A stretch of DNA of 64,000 nt from Candidatus Levyibacteriota bacterium. GTDB taxonomy: Bacteria; Patescibacteriota; Microgenomatia; Levybacterales; UBA12049. Under the pieces are notes generated by a model. The model did no database searches. It was not told the origin of the DNA and saw only the letters and a program-made list of their open reading frames with translations. Each line of letters opens with the position of its first letter. The first letter of the stretch is position 1. The stretch spans positions 123,881-187,880 of the forward strand of contig JACOXU010000003.1 in NCBI GenBank assembly GCA_016182185.1. Direction: 5' to 3'. Made by a program: the position numbers and the translations under genes. This document shows, one piece after another, positions 9,007-17,661 of this stretch.

Positions 9007-10047
9007 TTATTTCTTATTTGGCAACCCAATCATTGGCAGAATTCCAGCAGCAAAAGTTAATCCTGCCCCAAAGGTTGCAAATAGAAGAATATCATTTCTT
9101 TTTATTTTTCCTTTATCCCATGCCTCTCTTAGTGCTGTCGGAATAGTTGCAGTTGAAGTATTACCGTATCTATCGATGGTAATAATTACTTTACTTTCAG
9201 GAATATTTAAAACCCCTGCAGTCTCCTTCATGATCGACAAGTTTGCTTGGTGAGGTATGAAAAGAGTTACATTCTCAATAGATAGATTTGCTTCTTCAAG
9301 AACTCTCTTACTAACCTCAGCCATTCTGACTGGGGCTTGCTCTCCGATCTCTTTTCCGTCCATGTGAAGCGTGTGCCATCCCTTTGCCATGGTTTCTATC
9401 GTGCCTGGATTTTTGCTTCCTCCTGCTCGCATGCATAGGTTCTCAGCAAATTTTCCATCAACTCCACATCTTATTACAGGCTTTATATCCATTCCGTTAT
9501 CTGGCTCAACTAAATCCGCGATGGTTGCCCCTGCACCATCGCCAAATAGAGGAAACGAAAGTCTTTCTTCTCTATTAAGAGCAGGGCTTAAGATCTCAGA
9601 ACCGATTGCTACCTGAGGTCCTCCATCCCCATAGGGACTTGAAATGTCGGAAAAGATATTTTTCAAAGCCTGGGCCCAACCGGTGCATCCCGCACTTACG
9701 TCATATCCTCGAACACTGACGGGCAAACCCATACGATCCTGAATAATAGCCGCATCTGCAACTCCGTAGTAATCAGGAGAAGAGGTTCCTACGACAATTG
9801 ATTTTAATGCCTCTTTTTCAATCCCTGCCATATCCAATGCCTGATTTAAGGCTTCGACTGCCAAATCAGAGGTTGTTTGTTCTCCCGGAATCACCCACCG
9901 TCTTTCCTGTATTCCTACTATTCTTCTCATCAGTCTATCAGTAAGGCCAGGCTTTCCTCCGATCATTGGATCTACCATTTCATTAGTTACGACTCTTTGT
10001 GGAAAAGCTGACCCCACACCAATAATTGCCGGAATTTTTTCTTTCAT
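9007..10047 (-). CDS. fabH: 3-oxoacyl-ACP synthase III family protein
   Basis: Catalytic C (SAGCTG), H (PHQAN), N (YGNTS); LFGDGAGA, FGAGLT; start at 10047 follows TTGACA-17-TAGCAT. Confidence 0.88.
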   Translation of the reverse strand: MKEKIPAIIGVGSAFPQRVVTNEMVDPMIGGKPGLTDRLMRRIVGIQERRWVIPGEQTTSDLAVEALNQALDMAGIEKEALKSIVVGTSSPDYYGVADAAIIQDRMGLPVSVRGYDVSAGCTGWAQALKNIFSDISSPYGDGGPQVAIGSEILSPALNREERLSFPLFGDGAGATIADLVEPDNGMDIKPVIRCGVDGKFAENLCMRAGGSKNPGTIETMAKGWHTLHMDGKEIGEQAPVRMAEVSKRVLEEANLSIENVTLFIPHQANLSIMKETAGVLNIPESKVIITIDRYGNTSTATIPTALREAWDKGKIKRNDILLFATFGAGLTFAAGILPMIGLPNKK

Positions 10048-10135
10048 ATTTACGCATGCTAGCAAAGAAGTTTTTTCTTGTCAATAAATATCCAATTGAC
10101 AAACAAAAATCCTCTGTTATACTAGCGACAACATC

Positions 10136-10969
10136 ATGACAACACAGGAAAAAGAACCACGAAGTCATCATTCTTACGAAGAATTCACCAATCGCCCCTT
10201 TTATATAGCGCTCAACAAAGAGACTATGAGACTTGCTCCAAGACCAGTAAGATATGCAGTTGATATTGGGACAGGAAAAACTGCGATGATTGATCAGATG
10301 TTTGATGAGAAAAAACTAACAATTGACTTCCAAATTAGAGGCTATGACCCTGATGAAGAAGCATTGGCCGGCGACCGAATCAAATATTACCATTATAGAG
10401 ATAAGATTCTTTTTATTGAAGCCTGGGCAGAAAACATTCCCTTACAAGATAGATGGTCTGAGCTGACAGTTTGCGCAAATGCTATTCATTTAACAGAGGT
10501 ACCAAAGACAATCAAGGAATTTGCAAGAATTACAGACGATGAAGGAACTCTTCTTATAAATACTGCGTACACACGCGACCATGCATATCCTGAAGCGTCA
10601 GAAGCCTCATGGGGAGCATTAGTTGTCAATGCAAGAATCGCCGCACGAAAGACTCACGGAATAACTGATATTCCCAAGCCTGTTCAGCTTCAAACTTATA
10701 AGCTTGAAGATTATGAAGCTATGCTAAAGGACGCTGGATTTGTTGTTGAAAAAGCCTATCCCAAGGTAGTACACATGAATCGGGAAGATCTGGAAGCAAT
10801 TTGCCATTATGATGAATTTGCCAAGGGCGCACTTCCTGGCGTAGAACTTGAGCTTGCCAAAGAATTACTTGTTGATGCAATTAAACCGACTCTGGAAAGA
10901 AGAGGTTCCGACAGTTTACCCCGAGGATGGGGTATCATAAAAGCTACAAGACTTCCTAGAGCTGCGTGA
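10136..10969 (+). CDS. Class I SAM-dependent methyltransferase
   Basis: VDIGTG, YDP, AENIPL, NAIHL motifs. Confidence 0.75.
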   Translation: MTTQEKEPRSHHSYEEFTNRPFYIALNKETMRLAPRPVRYAVDIGTGKTAMIDQMFDEKKLTIDFQIRGYDPDEEALAGDRIKYYHYRDKILFIEAWAENIPLQDRWSELTVCANAIHLTEVPKTIKEFARITDDEGTLLINTAYTRDHAYPEASEASWGALVVNARIAARKTHGITDIPKPVQLQTYKLEDYEAMLKDAGFVVEKAYPKVVHMNREDLEAICHYDEFAKGALPGVELELAKELLVDAIKPTLERRGSDSLPRGWGIIKATRLPRAA

Positions 10970-10971
10970 TT

Positions 10972-12294
10972 TTACGGTAGAGAAAATTTACTACAGAGTG
11001 TTTTTACCTCTTCTTTAATTTCCAATAATTTTTTATTCTTCTCAACCCTTTTTTTGAAATCTTTCCAGAATTCGCTTCTTTTGGCTTTATCCAAAGGTAA
11101 AACCTCACTGGAAATCTCATTTATTACATCATTTATCCATTTGGCAATTTGCACCATTTCTTTCTCTTTTATGCCCCGAGTCGTGATAGCAGGAGTTCCC
11201 AATCGAATTCCTGAAGGATAAAATGGAGGCATGGGATCGTTGGGAACTGCATTCTTATTCACTACGATTCCTGCTACTTCCAAGGCATAAGCCGCCAAAG
11301 CGCCATTAATTTTCTTATTAGCAAGATCAATCAAAAGTAAATGGTTGTCTGTCCCGCCGCTTACAAGGTTGAACCTCGATTTGGTCAATTCCTCAGCCAA
11401 AACTTTCGCATTTTTAACAACCTGCTCTGAGTATTTTTTAAATTCCAGCTTACTTGCCTCAAGTAAAGAAACTGCAATTGCGGCTGTTTGGTTATCATGC
11501 GGTCCTCCCTGCAAGCCCGGAAAAACTGCTTTATCAATTTTACCTGCTAGCTCCGGGTCTTTTTTTAGTCCTTTTTCTGTCACCATAATCATGGCACCTC
11601 TTGGCCCCCTTAATGTCTTATGGGTTGTTGTCATGACGATATGAACATAAGGAATTGGGCTTGGATGAGTCCCTCCAATAATCAATCCCGCTATATGAGA
11701 TACGTCAGCTAGTAGATACGCTTCGACTTTATCTGCAATTTCTCCAAATCTTTTGAAATCTATAATTCGGGGATATGCCGTGGCTCCGCATACTATTATA
11801 TTGGGTCTTTCCTTCAAAGCTAGTTTTTCTACTTCGTCGTAATTAATCAGGCCGTTCTTGTCAAGATTATAAGGGATAATTTTAAAGTACTTTCCGGAAA
11901 ATGAAACGGGAGATCCGTGCGTTAAATGCCCTCCGAATGCAAGAGATAATCCTAAAATTTTGCTTTTAAAAGGCTCCAAAAGAGCAAAATATACGGCTGT
12001 ATTTGCCGGAGATCCGGAATATGGCTGCACATTTACATGCGGAACACCGAATAATTTTTTTGCTCTTTCTTGCGCTAAAATCTCTATATCGTCGATCAAA
12101 GTGTTTCCCTGATAATATCTTTTCTTCGGATAACCCTCTGAATATTTATTATTAAGAACTGATCCAAGAACTTCAAGCACGGCTTTTGAAGCGTAGTTTT
12201 CCGATGGAATCATCTCCAAAACATCTTCCTGCCTTTTTTCCTCTTCTTTTACTAATTTGTAAATTTGCGGATCAACCGCTTTTAAATTCTTCAT
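10972..12294 (-). CDS. glyA: Serine hydroxymethyltransferase
   Basis: IPSEN, YSEGYP, GGHLTHG, TTTHKTLRGPRG, GGTDNH. Confidence 0.97.
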   Translation of the reverse strand: MKNLKAVDPQIYKLVKEEEKRQEDVLEMIPSENYASKAVLEVLGSVLNNKYSEGYPKKRYYQGNTLIDDIEILAQERAKKLFGVPHVNVQPYSGSPANTAVYFALLEPFKSKILGLSLAFGGHLTHGSPVSFSGKYFKIIPYNLDKNGLINYDEVEKLALKERPNIIVCGATAYPRIIDFKRFGEIADKVEAYLLADVSHIAGLIIGGTHPSPIPYVHIVMTTTHKTLRGPRGAMIMVTEKGLKKDPELAGKIDKAVFPGLQGGPHDNQTAAIAVSLLEASKLEFKKYSEQVVKNAKVLAEELTKSRFNLVSGGTDNHLLLIDLANKKINGALAAYALEVAGIVVNKNAVPNDPMPPFYPSGIRLGTPAITTRGIKEKEMVQIAKWINDVINEISSEVLPLDKAKRSEFWKDFKKRVEKNKKLLEIKEEVKTLCSKFSLP

Positions 12295-12318
12295 ACTATC
12301 TTTACTGTAATGCGGAGA

Positions 12319-12411
12319 GCTTACAAAATTTTCTCAGCGAGCTTTTGCGCCATCAGTCAGCTTGTCAGGTAATAACTTACTCGCACTGCGAACGAGAAAA
12401 TTTTCGTAAGC
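12319..12411. repeat. Long imperfect inverted repeat between folA and glyA
   Basis: GCTTACAAAATTTTCTC (12319-12335) / GAGAAAATTTTCGTAAGC (12394-12411), with inner GCGAG/CTCGC. Confidence 0.75.
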
Positions 12412-12422
12412 GACCTCAGCAT

Positions 12423-12935
12423 TTATTTTTCTAGGTCAATAAATCTGAATTTTATTCCCTCTGATTCTCCAAATTCTTCTTTCATCAACCTTTTAAATTC
12501 TGAATAATCCGGAAAAAATGTATCAGCCCCAAAATCCCCCTCTACTATTGTTAAGTATAGCTTATCTACAAGCCCCTTTTCTATGGCCTCTCTGAAAATT
12601 TCTCCTCCTCCGAATATAAAAATTTCTTCGGATCCCGGACTTTGCTTTGCTTTTTCAATGCCTGCAATAAGATCTCGAGCGATCGTAACTTCAGGGGAAT
12701 AAAAACTTACGCTTCTAACCCGTTCAGGATCTCTGGTAATCACGATACTCGTTCTTTCAGGCAATACTCTTCCGATAGATTCAAATGTTTTCCTGCCCAT
12801 TACAAGCGGGTGGCCGCGGGTGAGTCGCCTCATCCTTTCAAAGTCCTGGGGAATGCGAAAAAGAAGATCATTATTCTTCCCTATCCCTCTTTTTTCATCC
12901 ATCGCCGCAACAATACTAACTAAATTTTCTTTCAT
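12423..12935 (-). CDS. folA: Dihydrofolate reductase
   Basis: GIGKNN, VMGRKTFESI, LPER, IFGGGEIF, DTFFP. Confidence 0.95.
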   Translation of the reverse strand: MKENLVSIVAAMDEKRGIGKNNDLLFRIPQDFERMRRLTRGHPLVMGRKTFESIGRVLPERTSIVITRDPERVRSVSFYSPEVTIARDLIAGIEKAKQSPGSEEIFIFGGGEIFREAIEKGLVDKLYLTIVEGDFGADTFFPDYSEFKRLMKEEFGESEGIKFRFIDLEK

Positions 12936-13348
12936 AACTTCAATCCTTTTTTTACCACATCTTCTGTATTCTTCAGGAGATTATAGTTCTTTAAGCTCCC
13001 TATCTCAACCCATTCCGGAATCGTCTCTTCTGCTTTCTTAATTTCGCCTTTGAATACCCGGCAGAAAAATACCCTCCAGGAATATGTTTTTATCCCATCT
13101 TTTCTTTCAAGATCTGTGATATATAGATTTCCGGGAAAATCCAAAAGATTATCAATTGTCGTTTGAAGCCCAGTCTCTTCTTCTAATTCTCTTTTGGCTG
13201 CCTCGATTTCGTCTTCCCCTAGATCTAATCTTCCACCCGGCAGGCCGTAAATCCCAGTCAGGTGCCCTGCTTTTTCAGTATGTTTTACAAGTAAAACTTT
13301 TCCGTTTTTAATGATCAAAACCGCAACACTTGGAATTATTTCTGTCAT
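12932..13348 (-). CDS. NUDIX hydrolase
   Basis: Nudix box GGRLDLGEDEIEAAKRELEEETG. Confidence 0.9.
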   Translation of the reverse strand: MTEIIPSVAVLIIKNGKVLLVKHTEKAGHLTGIYGLPGGRLDLGEDEIEAAKRELEEETGLQTTIDNLLDFPGNLYITDLERKDGIKTYSWRVFFCRVFKGEIKKAEETIPEWVEIGSLKNYNLLKNTEDVVKKGLKL

Positions 13349-13371
13349 TTATTAAAATATTAATTGCTGGA

Positions 13372-13401
13372 TTATAGTGATGTATCAATACATCACTATA
13401 A
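13372..13401. promoter_or_regulatory. Perfect palindrome (14-bp arms), candidate operator overlapping a TATAAT upstream of NUDIX-folA-glyA
   Basis: TTATAGTGATGTAT-CA-ATACATCACTATAA; 19 bp repeated at 13829-13847. Confidence 0.7.
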
Positions 13402-13402
13402 A

Positions 13403-13786
13403 TTAACCAAACCATCTTTTTACAAATTTTGAACTGTGAAGATATCTATCTTTAAATACCTTTCTCTCCTTATTTATTTCCTTTTCTGTTCTCTTTAATG
13501 CTAAAACAATTCCTCCTTCGCCTTCTTCGATTATTTTTTTTATTTTCGAAACAGTTTGAGTGCTTGTTTTTGATTTGGATGCGACAGTTCTTAAATCTAA
13601 ACCTTTTACCAAAAGGCTTGCTATGTGCCATCTCCTTTTAAGCATCCTAAGCTCGGATTTTGTAAGAATATCTTTCAAAAACTTTTTGATCTCCTCTGTA
13701 TTTTTTAAAGAATTGACAATTTCGTAAAGAAAATGAATTTCTTTGAAATATTCTTTATTTTGAACTTCTTCTTTTGGTTTTGACAT
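13403..13786 (-). CDS. TrpR-like (YerC/YecD family) transcriptional regulator
   Basis: FLKDILTKSELRMLKRRWHIASLL, HTH LRTVASKSKTSTQTVSKI; likely start MSKPKEE at 13786. Confidence 0.85.
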   Translation of the reverse strand: MSKPKEEVQNKEYFKEIHFLYEIVNSLKNTEEIKKFLKDILTKSELRMLKRRWHIASLLVKGLDLRTVASKSKTSTQTVSKIKKIIEEGEGGIVLALKRTEKEINKERKVFKDRYLHSSKFVKRWFG

Positions 13787-13828
13787 ATTAATTAAGAATT
13801 GTAGTCCTAAATTATCAAATTTGTTTCC

Positions 13829-13847
13829 ATGTATCAATACATCACTA
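13829..13847. promoter_or_regulatory. Second copy of the candidate TrpR-like operator, overlapping TTGATA upstream of the regulator
   Basis: ATGTATCAATACATCACTA is identical to 13380-13398. Confidence 0.65.
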
Positions 13848-13941
13848 CAATATCAAAATAAAACAAAGTATGGTAATTTCCAATTTCAATATGTAGGAAA
13901 CATCAAAAATAATTCGTAAAGACTTTTAAAAAGAGGGGTCT

Positions 13942-14925
13942 TTAAAATCCTCCCACCACTGTGACTTCTCCTCTAATCGGTGGCCAGGGATTATAATTTT
14001 CCAGTGTAAAATCTTCGTATTTTATATCATCGATATCTTTGAGTTTGGGATTTATTTTCATCCTCGGGAAAGGACGCGGTTTTCTTTTGAGCTGCTCTTT
14101 TACCTGTTCAAAATGATTGCTATAAATATGCGCATCTCCAAAAGTGTGAACAAAATCCCCTGCTGGATAACCAGTCAGATGAGCAAAAATCATGGTGAAA
14201 AGCGCGTAGCTTGCGATGTTAAAGGGAACTCCCAGAAAAAGATCAGCGCTTCTTTGATAAAGCTGGCATGAGAGCTTTCCGTTTATGACATTGAATTGAA
14301 AGAGTGTATGACAAGGCGGAAGAGCAACCGACTTTCCCTTGCCTGCCATCTCGTAGACAAATTCAGGATTCCAGGCAGAAATAACAATATGTCTTCTTTC
14401 CGGTGTTTTTTTGATCTTTTCAATCGCCCATTTCACCTGGTCAATTTTCCGTCCGTCTGATGCCGGCCATCTTCTCCACTGAACCCCATAAACCGGCCCC
14501 AATTCTCCAAATTTTTCCGCAAACTTTTTGTCATTTTTAACTCTTTCTATGTACTCGTCCTGGCTTAGCATTTTTTTATTTTTAATATTTTTTTTGTGTT
14601 TTTTATTTTTTATATTTAATTTTTTATTTTCAAACGATTCTTTATATCGTTTGAAACCCCAATCATCCCAGATATGAACACCATTATCCACCAGATATTT
14701 AATATTTGAATCGCCCCTGAGAAACCAGATCAGCTCATGCAGAATTCCGCGCAAGAATACTTTTTTGGTTGTAAGAAGAGGAAGTCCTCGAGAAAGATCG
14801 AAGCGTATCTGCCGACCAAACACGCTTTTAAACATGATGCCCGAATTAAACTCGTGCTTCTCGAATCCATTCTCCATAACGTCTTTTAATAAATTCAAAT
14901 ACTGATATTCTTCACTTCGTTTCAT
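13942..14925 (-). CDS. thyA: Thymidylate synthase
   Basis: [46 protein letters not shown]. Confidence 0.97.
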   Translation of the reverse strand: MKRSEEYQYLNLLKDVMENGFEKHEFNSGIMFKSVFGRQIRFDLSRGLPLLTTKKVFLRGILHELIWFLRGDSNIKYLVDNGVHIWDDWGFKRYKESFENKKLNIKNKKHKKNIKNKKMLSQDEYIERVKNDKKFAEKFGELGPVYGVQWRRWPASDGRKIDQVKWAIEKIKKTPERRHIVISAWNPEFVYEMAGKGKSVALPPCHTLFQFNVINGKLSCQLYQRSADLFLGVPFNIASYALFTMIFAHLTGYPAGDFVHTFGDAHIYSNHFEQVKEQLKRKPRPFPRMKINPKLKDIDDIKYEDFTLENYNPWPPIRGEVTVVGGF

Positions 14926-14982
14926 ATTAAAAATTAAATATTAAATAGTAAATATTTTATTTTTTATATTTAATATTCTATA

Positions 14983-15516
14983 TTACACTTGCCGTTCCTT
15001 GCGCCGAGTCGTGACTCTTCCTCCCTGCCATTGGCCGCGGTATTTGCTTCCTCCACCCCTTACTTCATGGAATATTACATGCACAAATCTTGCTCCCATT
15101 TCTATCTCAACACTCACCGGCCCTTCGTTCTTAAGACCAAATGTAAGTTCTCCTTGATATCCGGGTTGTATCGGTCCGGTTCTGATAAAAACTCCCGAGC
15201 GAAAAGTCGTAGTTCTGGGAATTATAACCGCAGATAAATTAATGGGAAGATTTATTTTCTCAATTGTCTTGACCAGATAAAAATCTCCGGGTTTTATTTT
15301 GATTTTTTTATCTTTTCCGATTTTTGCTACAGTTTTTACCTCGGGTGTTTTTCTGTGCGTTTCTCCGAGGAGCGCCTCGCCTGAGATTTTGTAAACCTCA
15401 CCCAATCTTAAATCAAATCCTGCTCCTTCAGGATTCTTTAATTCTCTTCCTGATAAACCTTCTACCAGTTTTTTTGTTTTTACTAATTCTAAAAGTTTCT
15501 TTGGTCCAAGAATCAT
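14983..15516 (-). CDS. dCTP deaminase/dUTPase superfamily protein
   Basis: GFDLRLG, PRTT, QPGYQGEL, YRGQWQG. Confidence 0.8.
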   Translation of the reverse strand: MILGPKKLLELVKTKKLVEGLSGRELKNPEGAGFDLRLGEVYKISGEALLGETHRKTPEVKTVAKIGKDKKIKIKPGDFYLVKTIEKINLPINLSAVIIPRTTTFRSGVFIRTGPIQPGYQGELTFGLKNEGPVSVEIEMGARFVHVIFHEVRGGGSKYRGQWQGGRVTTRRKERQV

Positions 15517-15523
15517 AATATTC

Positions 15524-16204
15524 TTAATTCTTAAATCTTAAATCGTAAATCTTGATTATATCGGCAGTCACTTTCTCGACTGATTGTTCTCCATTTATTG
15601 TAATAATTTCATTGCTAAACTTTTTTGCGAGCCAGTCATATCCTTCCTTTATTTTCTTAAGTTTTTCCAAAGTTTCATAATATTCCTGTTTCTTATCCAT
15701 CTTTGCCAGTCTTTTTACTGCCGCCTCTTCTGAGATTTTAATGTAAAAAGTAAAATCCGGAATTATAAACTGATGATACATTGACAAAATACTTTGAGCC
15801 ACAAGGAGTATCTCGCTACCATTTAATTTATCTGACTTATCCAAAATCCCATAGGCAACTGATGACCAGAAACATCTATCAGTAATAATTATTTTTCCTT
15901 GTTCCAAAAACGGTTCAATAGTTGTCTTTGAGTGTACTTCCCGATCCGCTGCAAACAAATACTGAAAAGAGGAAGCAGGAAGTTTTATATTGCCCTGAAT
16001 AACATTATGAATAAGATCGCCGATTGGAGGTTTTCTGGTGGGCTCATGTGTTAATAAAACTTTTTTCCTTTTTTCTTCAAAATACTCTTTTAATTTTTCT
16101 GCCTGGGTTGACTTGCCGCTTCCGTCAATTCCTTCAACTGCAATATATCTACCTTTATACGGATTTCTTCTAAAATCTATATCGAACGAAACATGGTACT
16201 TCAT
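15524..16204 (-). CDS. tmk: Thymidylate kinase
   Basis: EGIDGSGKSTQ, HEP, LFAADR, TDRCFWSSVAY. Confidence 0.94.
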   Translation of the reverse strand: MKYHVSFDIDFRRNPYKGRYIAVEGIDGSGKSTQAEKLKEYFEEKRKKVLLTHEPTRKPPIGDLIHNVIQGNIKLPASSFQYLFAADREVHSKTTIEPFLEQGKIIITDRCFWSSVAYGILDKSDKLNGSEILLVAQSILSMYHQFIIPDFTFYIKISEEAAVKRLAKMDKKQEYYETLEKLKKIKEGYDWLAKKFSNEIITINGEQSVEKVTADIIKIYDLRFKN

Positions 16205-16348
16205 AAATTAAATTCTAAACTCAAAGCATCAAATCACAAATAATATCCAATTTCCAATACTCAAAATTCAAAATTGTTTTGGATATTAGAATTTTATATT
16301 TGTAATTTATTTGAAATTTGTAATTCTGGATTTAGAATTTAAGCAAGA

Positions 16349-16918
16349 TTATCTTTCTTCGTGAATTTTGCTTTCATCCGGTCCTTTTTGACCAACATAC
16401 TTCGCACTTTTCTTTTTGTAATAAGGAATTTCAGCTGGGGTAGAAAGTTGTTCAAAAGAGACGCTACAGATTCTCATTCCGGGGTAAAGTGCAACGGGCA
16501 TTTTGCCCATATTAGCAAGCTCAAGCGTAATGTGCCCTCGAAAACCGCATTCGATATGGGCCGCAGTTGAATGCACAACAACACCGAGCCTTCCAATGCT
16601 TGATCGTCCTTCAAGCCTCCCGGTCAGATCGTCCGGCACTTCGACATATTCAACTGTTGCACCCAAAACAAAATCCCCGGGCTGAATTATAAACGGCTGT
16701 CCATCTTTAACGCGGAATTCCTTGGTGATTTCTTCTCTTACCTCTTTCTTGAACGGATCCACATATGCATGGCGAGAATGTTCAAATACTCGAAATGAAT
16801 ACCCTAAGCGAAAATCTATCGAACACGCGCCAAGCTGGGTTGAAAAATCAGGGACAGGTTTTATCACAATTTTTTTAGACTTAATCGCCTTTTTAAGATC
16901 TCTGTCCGATAGCACCAT
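16349..16918 (-). CDS. dcd: dCTP deaminase
   Basis: MVLSDRD start, SIDFRLG, EGRSSIGRLG, GFRGHITLE, KYVGQ. Confidence 0.93.
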   Translation of the reverse strand: MVLSDRDLKKAIKSKKIVIKPVPDFSTQLGACSIDFRLGYSFRVFEHSRHAYVDPFKKEVREEITKEFRVKDGQPFIIQPGDFVLGATVEYVEVPDDLTGRLEGRSSIGRLGVVVHSTAAHIECGFRGHITLELANMGKMPVALYPGMRICSVSFEQLSTPAEIPYYKKKSAKYVGQKGPDESKIHEER

Positions 16919-17073
16919 ATTAAAATTTAATTTTAAAGATGGAATCGCGTCTGACGCGATAAAACCATAGCAAAAGTTTAACATCAAAAAAGGAAATTTA
17001 AAAGTAGTAAATTAACCATCTCTTGACAATTAATTAAATTTACTTTACTGTTTTTATAGAACTTATTTAAATA

Positions 17074-17610
17074 ATGGCAAAAGTAAAATCAGGTCATGGA
17101 AGATTAATTGCGCTTTTTGTTTTATTTGTGATACTTGCGGCAATTCCCCTGACTGTTAAGATATCTCAGGAACAACAGGAAATCCGCCAGCGTGCGGCAT
17201 ATGTTATTCCAACACCAGCTCCCAGATCATCTCCTCCCTGTTTTGTTCCCCAAGCAGTTCTTGACAAGCTGAAAAGATCGATGAATATAATTTCTCAAAA
17301 TTATGGCTATGGTGATGTAGACCAAGATGGAAGTATAACAACAAAGGATGCCCTACTGATTTTAAGATATGTAGCCAAGGCGACTACTCTTTCTCCTCTT
17401 CAGATAGAAGTAGCAGATGTGGATGGAGCACCGAATCTTTTATCATATGCCTCAAACGTTACCGCAGTTGATTCCCTTTTGATACAAAGATATATCGCTA
17501 GACTTCCTCTTCCTGACGGAAGATACAGTTTTCCGGTCTGTCCCAAACCGACGCCAACTCCTGCCCCTCTTATTTCTCCTTGGTCAGTTACTCCGATTCC
17601 TACTAATTAA
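17074..17610 (+). CDS. Exported dockerin-like (paired EF-hand) protein
   Basis: TM + QEQQEIRQRAA; GDVDQDGSITTKDAL...ADVD...VTAVDSLLIQRY. Confidence 0.8.
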   Translation: MAKVKSGHGRLIALFVLFVILAAIPLTVKISQEQQEIRQRAAYVIPTPAPRSSPPCFVPQAVLDKLKRSMNIISQNYGYGDVDQDGSITTKDALLILRYVAKATTLSPLQIEVADVDGAPNLLSYASNVTAVDSLLIQRYIARLPLPDGRYSFPVCPKPTPTPAPLISPWSVTPIPTN

Positions 17611-17661
17611 TGTCTTTTTTACTATTGACAAAGCATCTTTAACTATTCTATTCTTGTATTA

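Noticed and set aside
12295-12422. ZMP/ZTP or THF riboswitch upstream of glyA
   Set aside because: Consensus elements not recognisable; kept only as an unexplained hairpin
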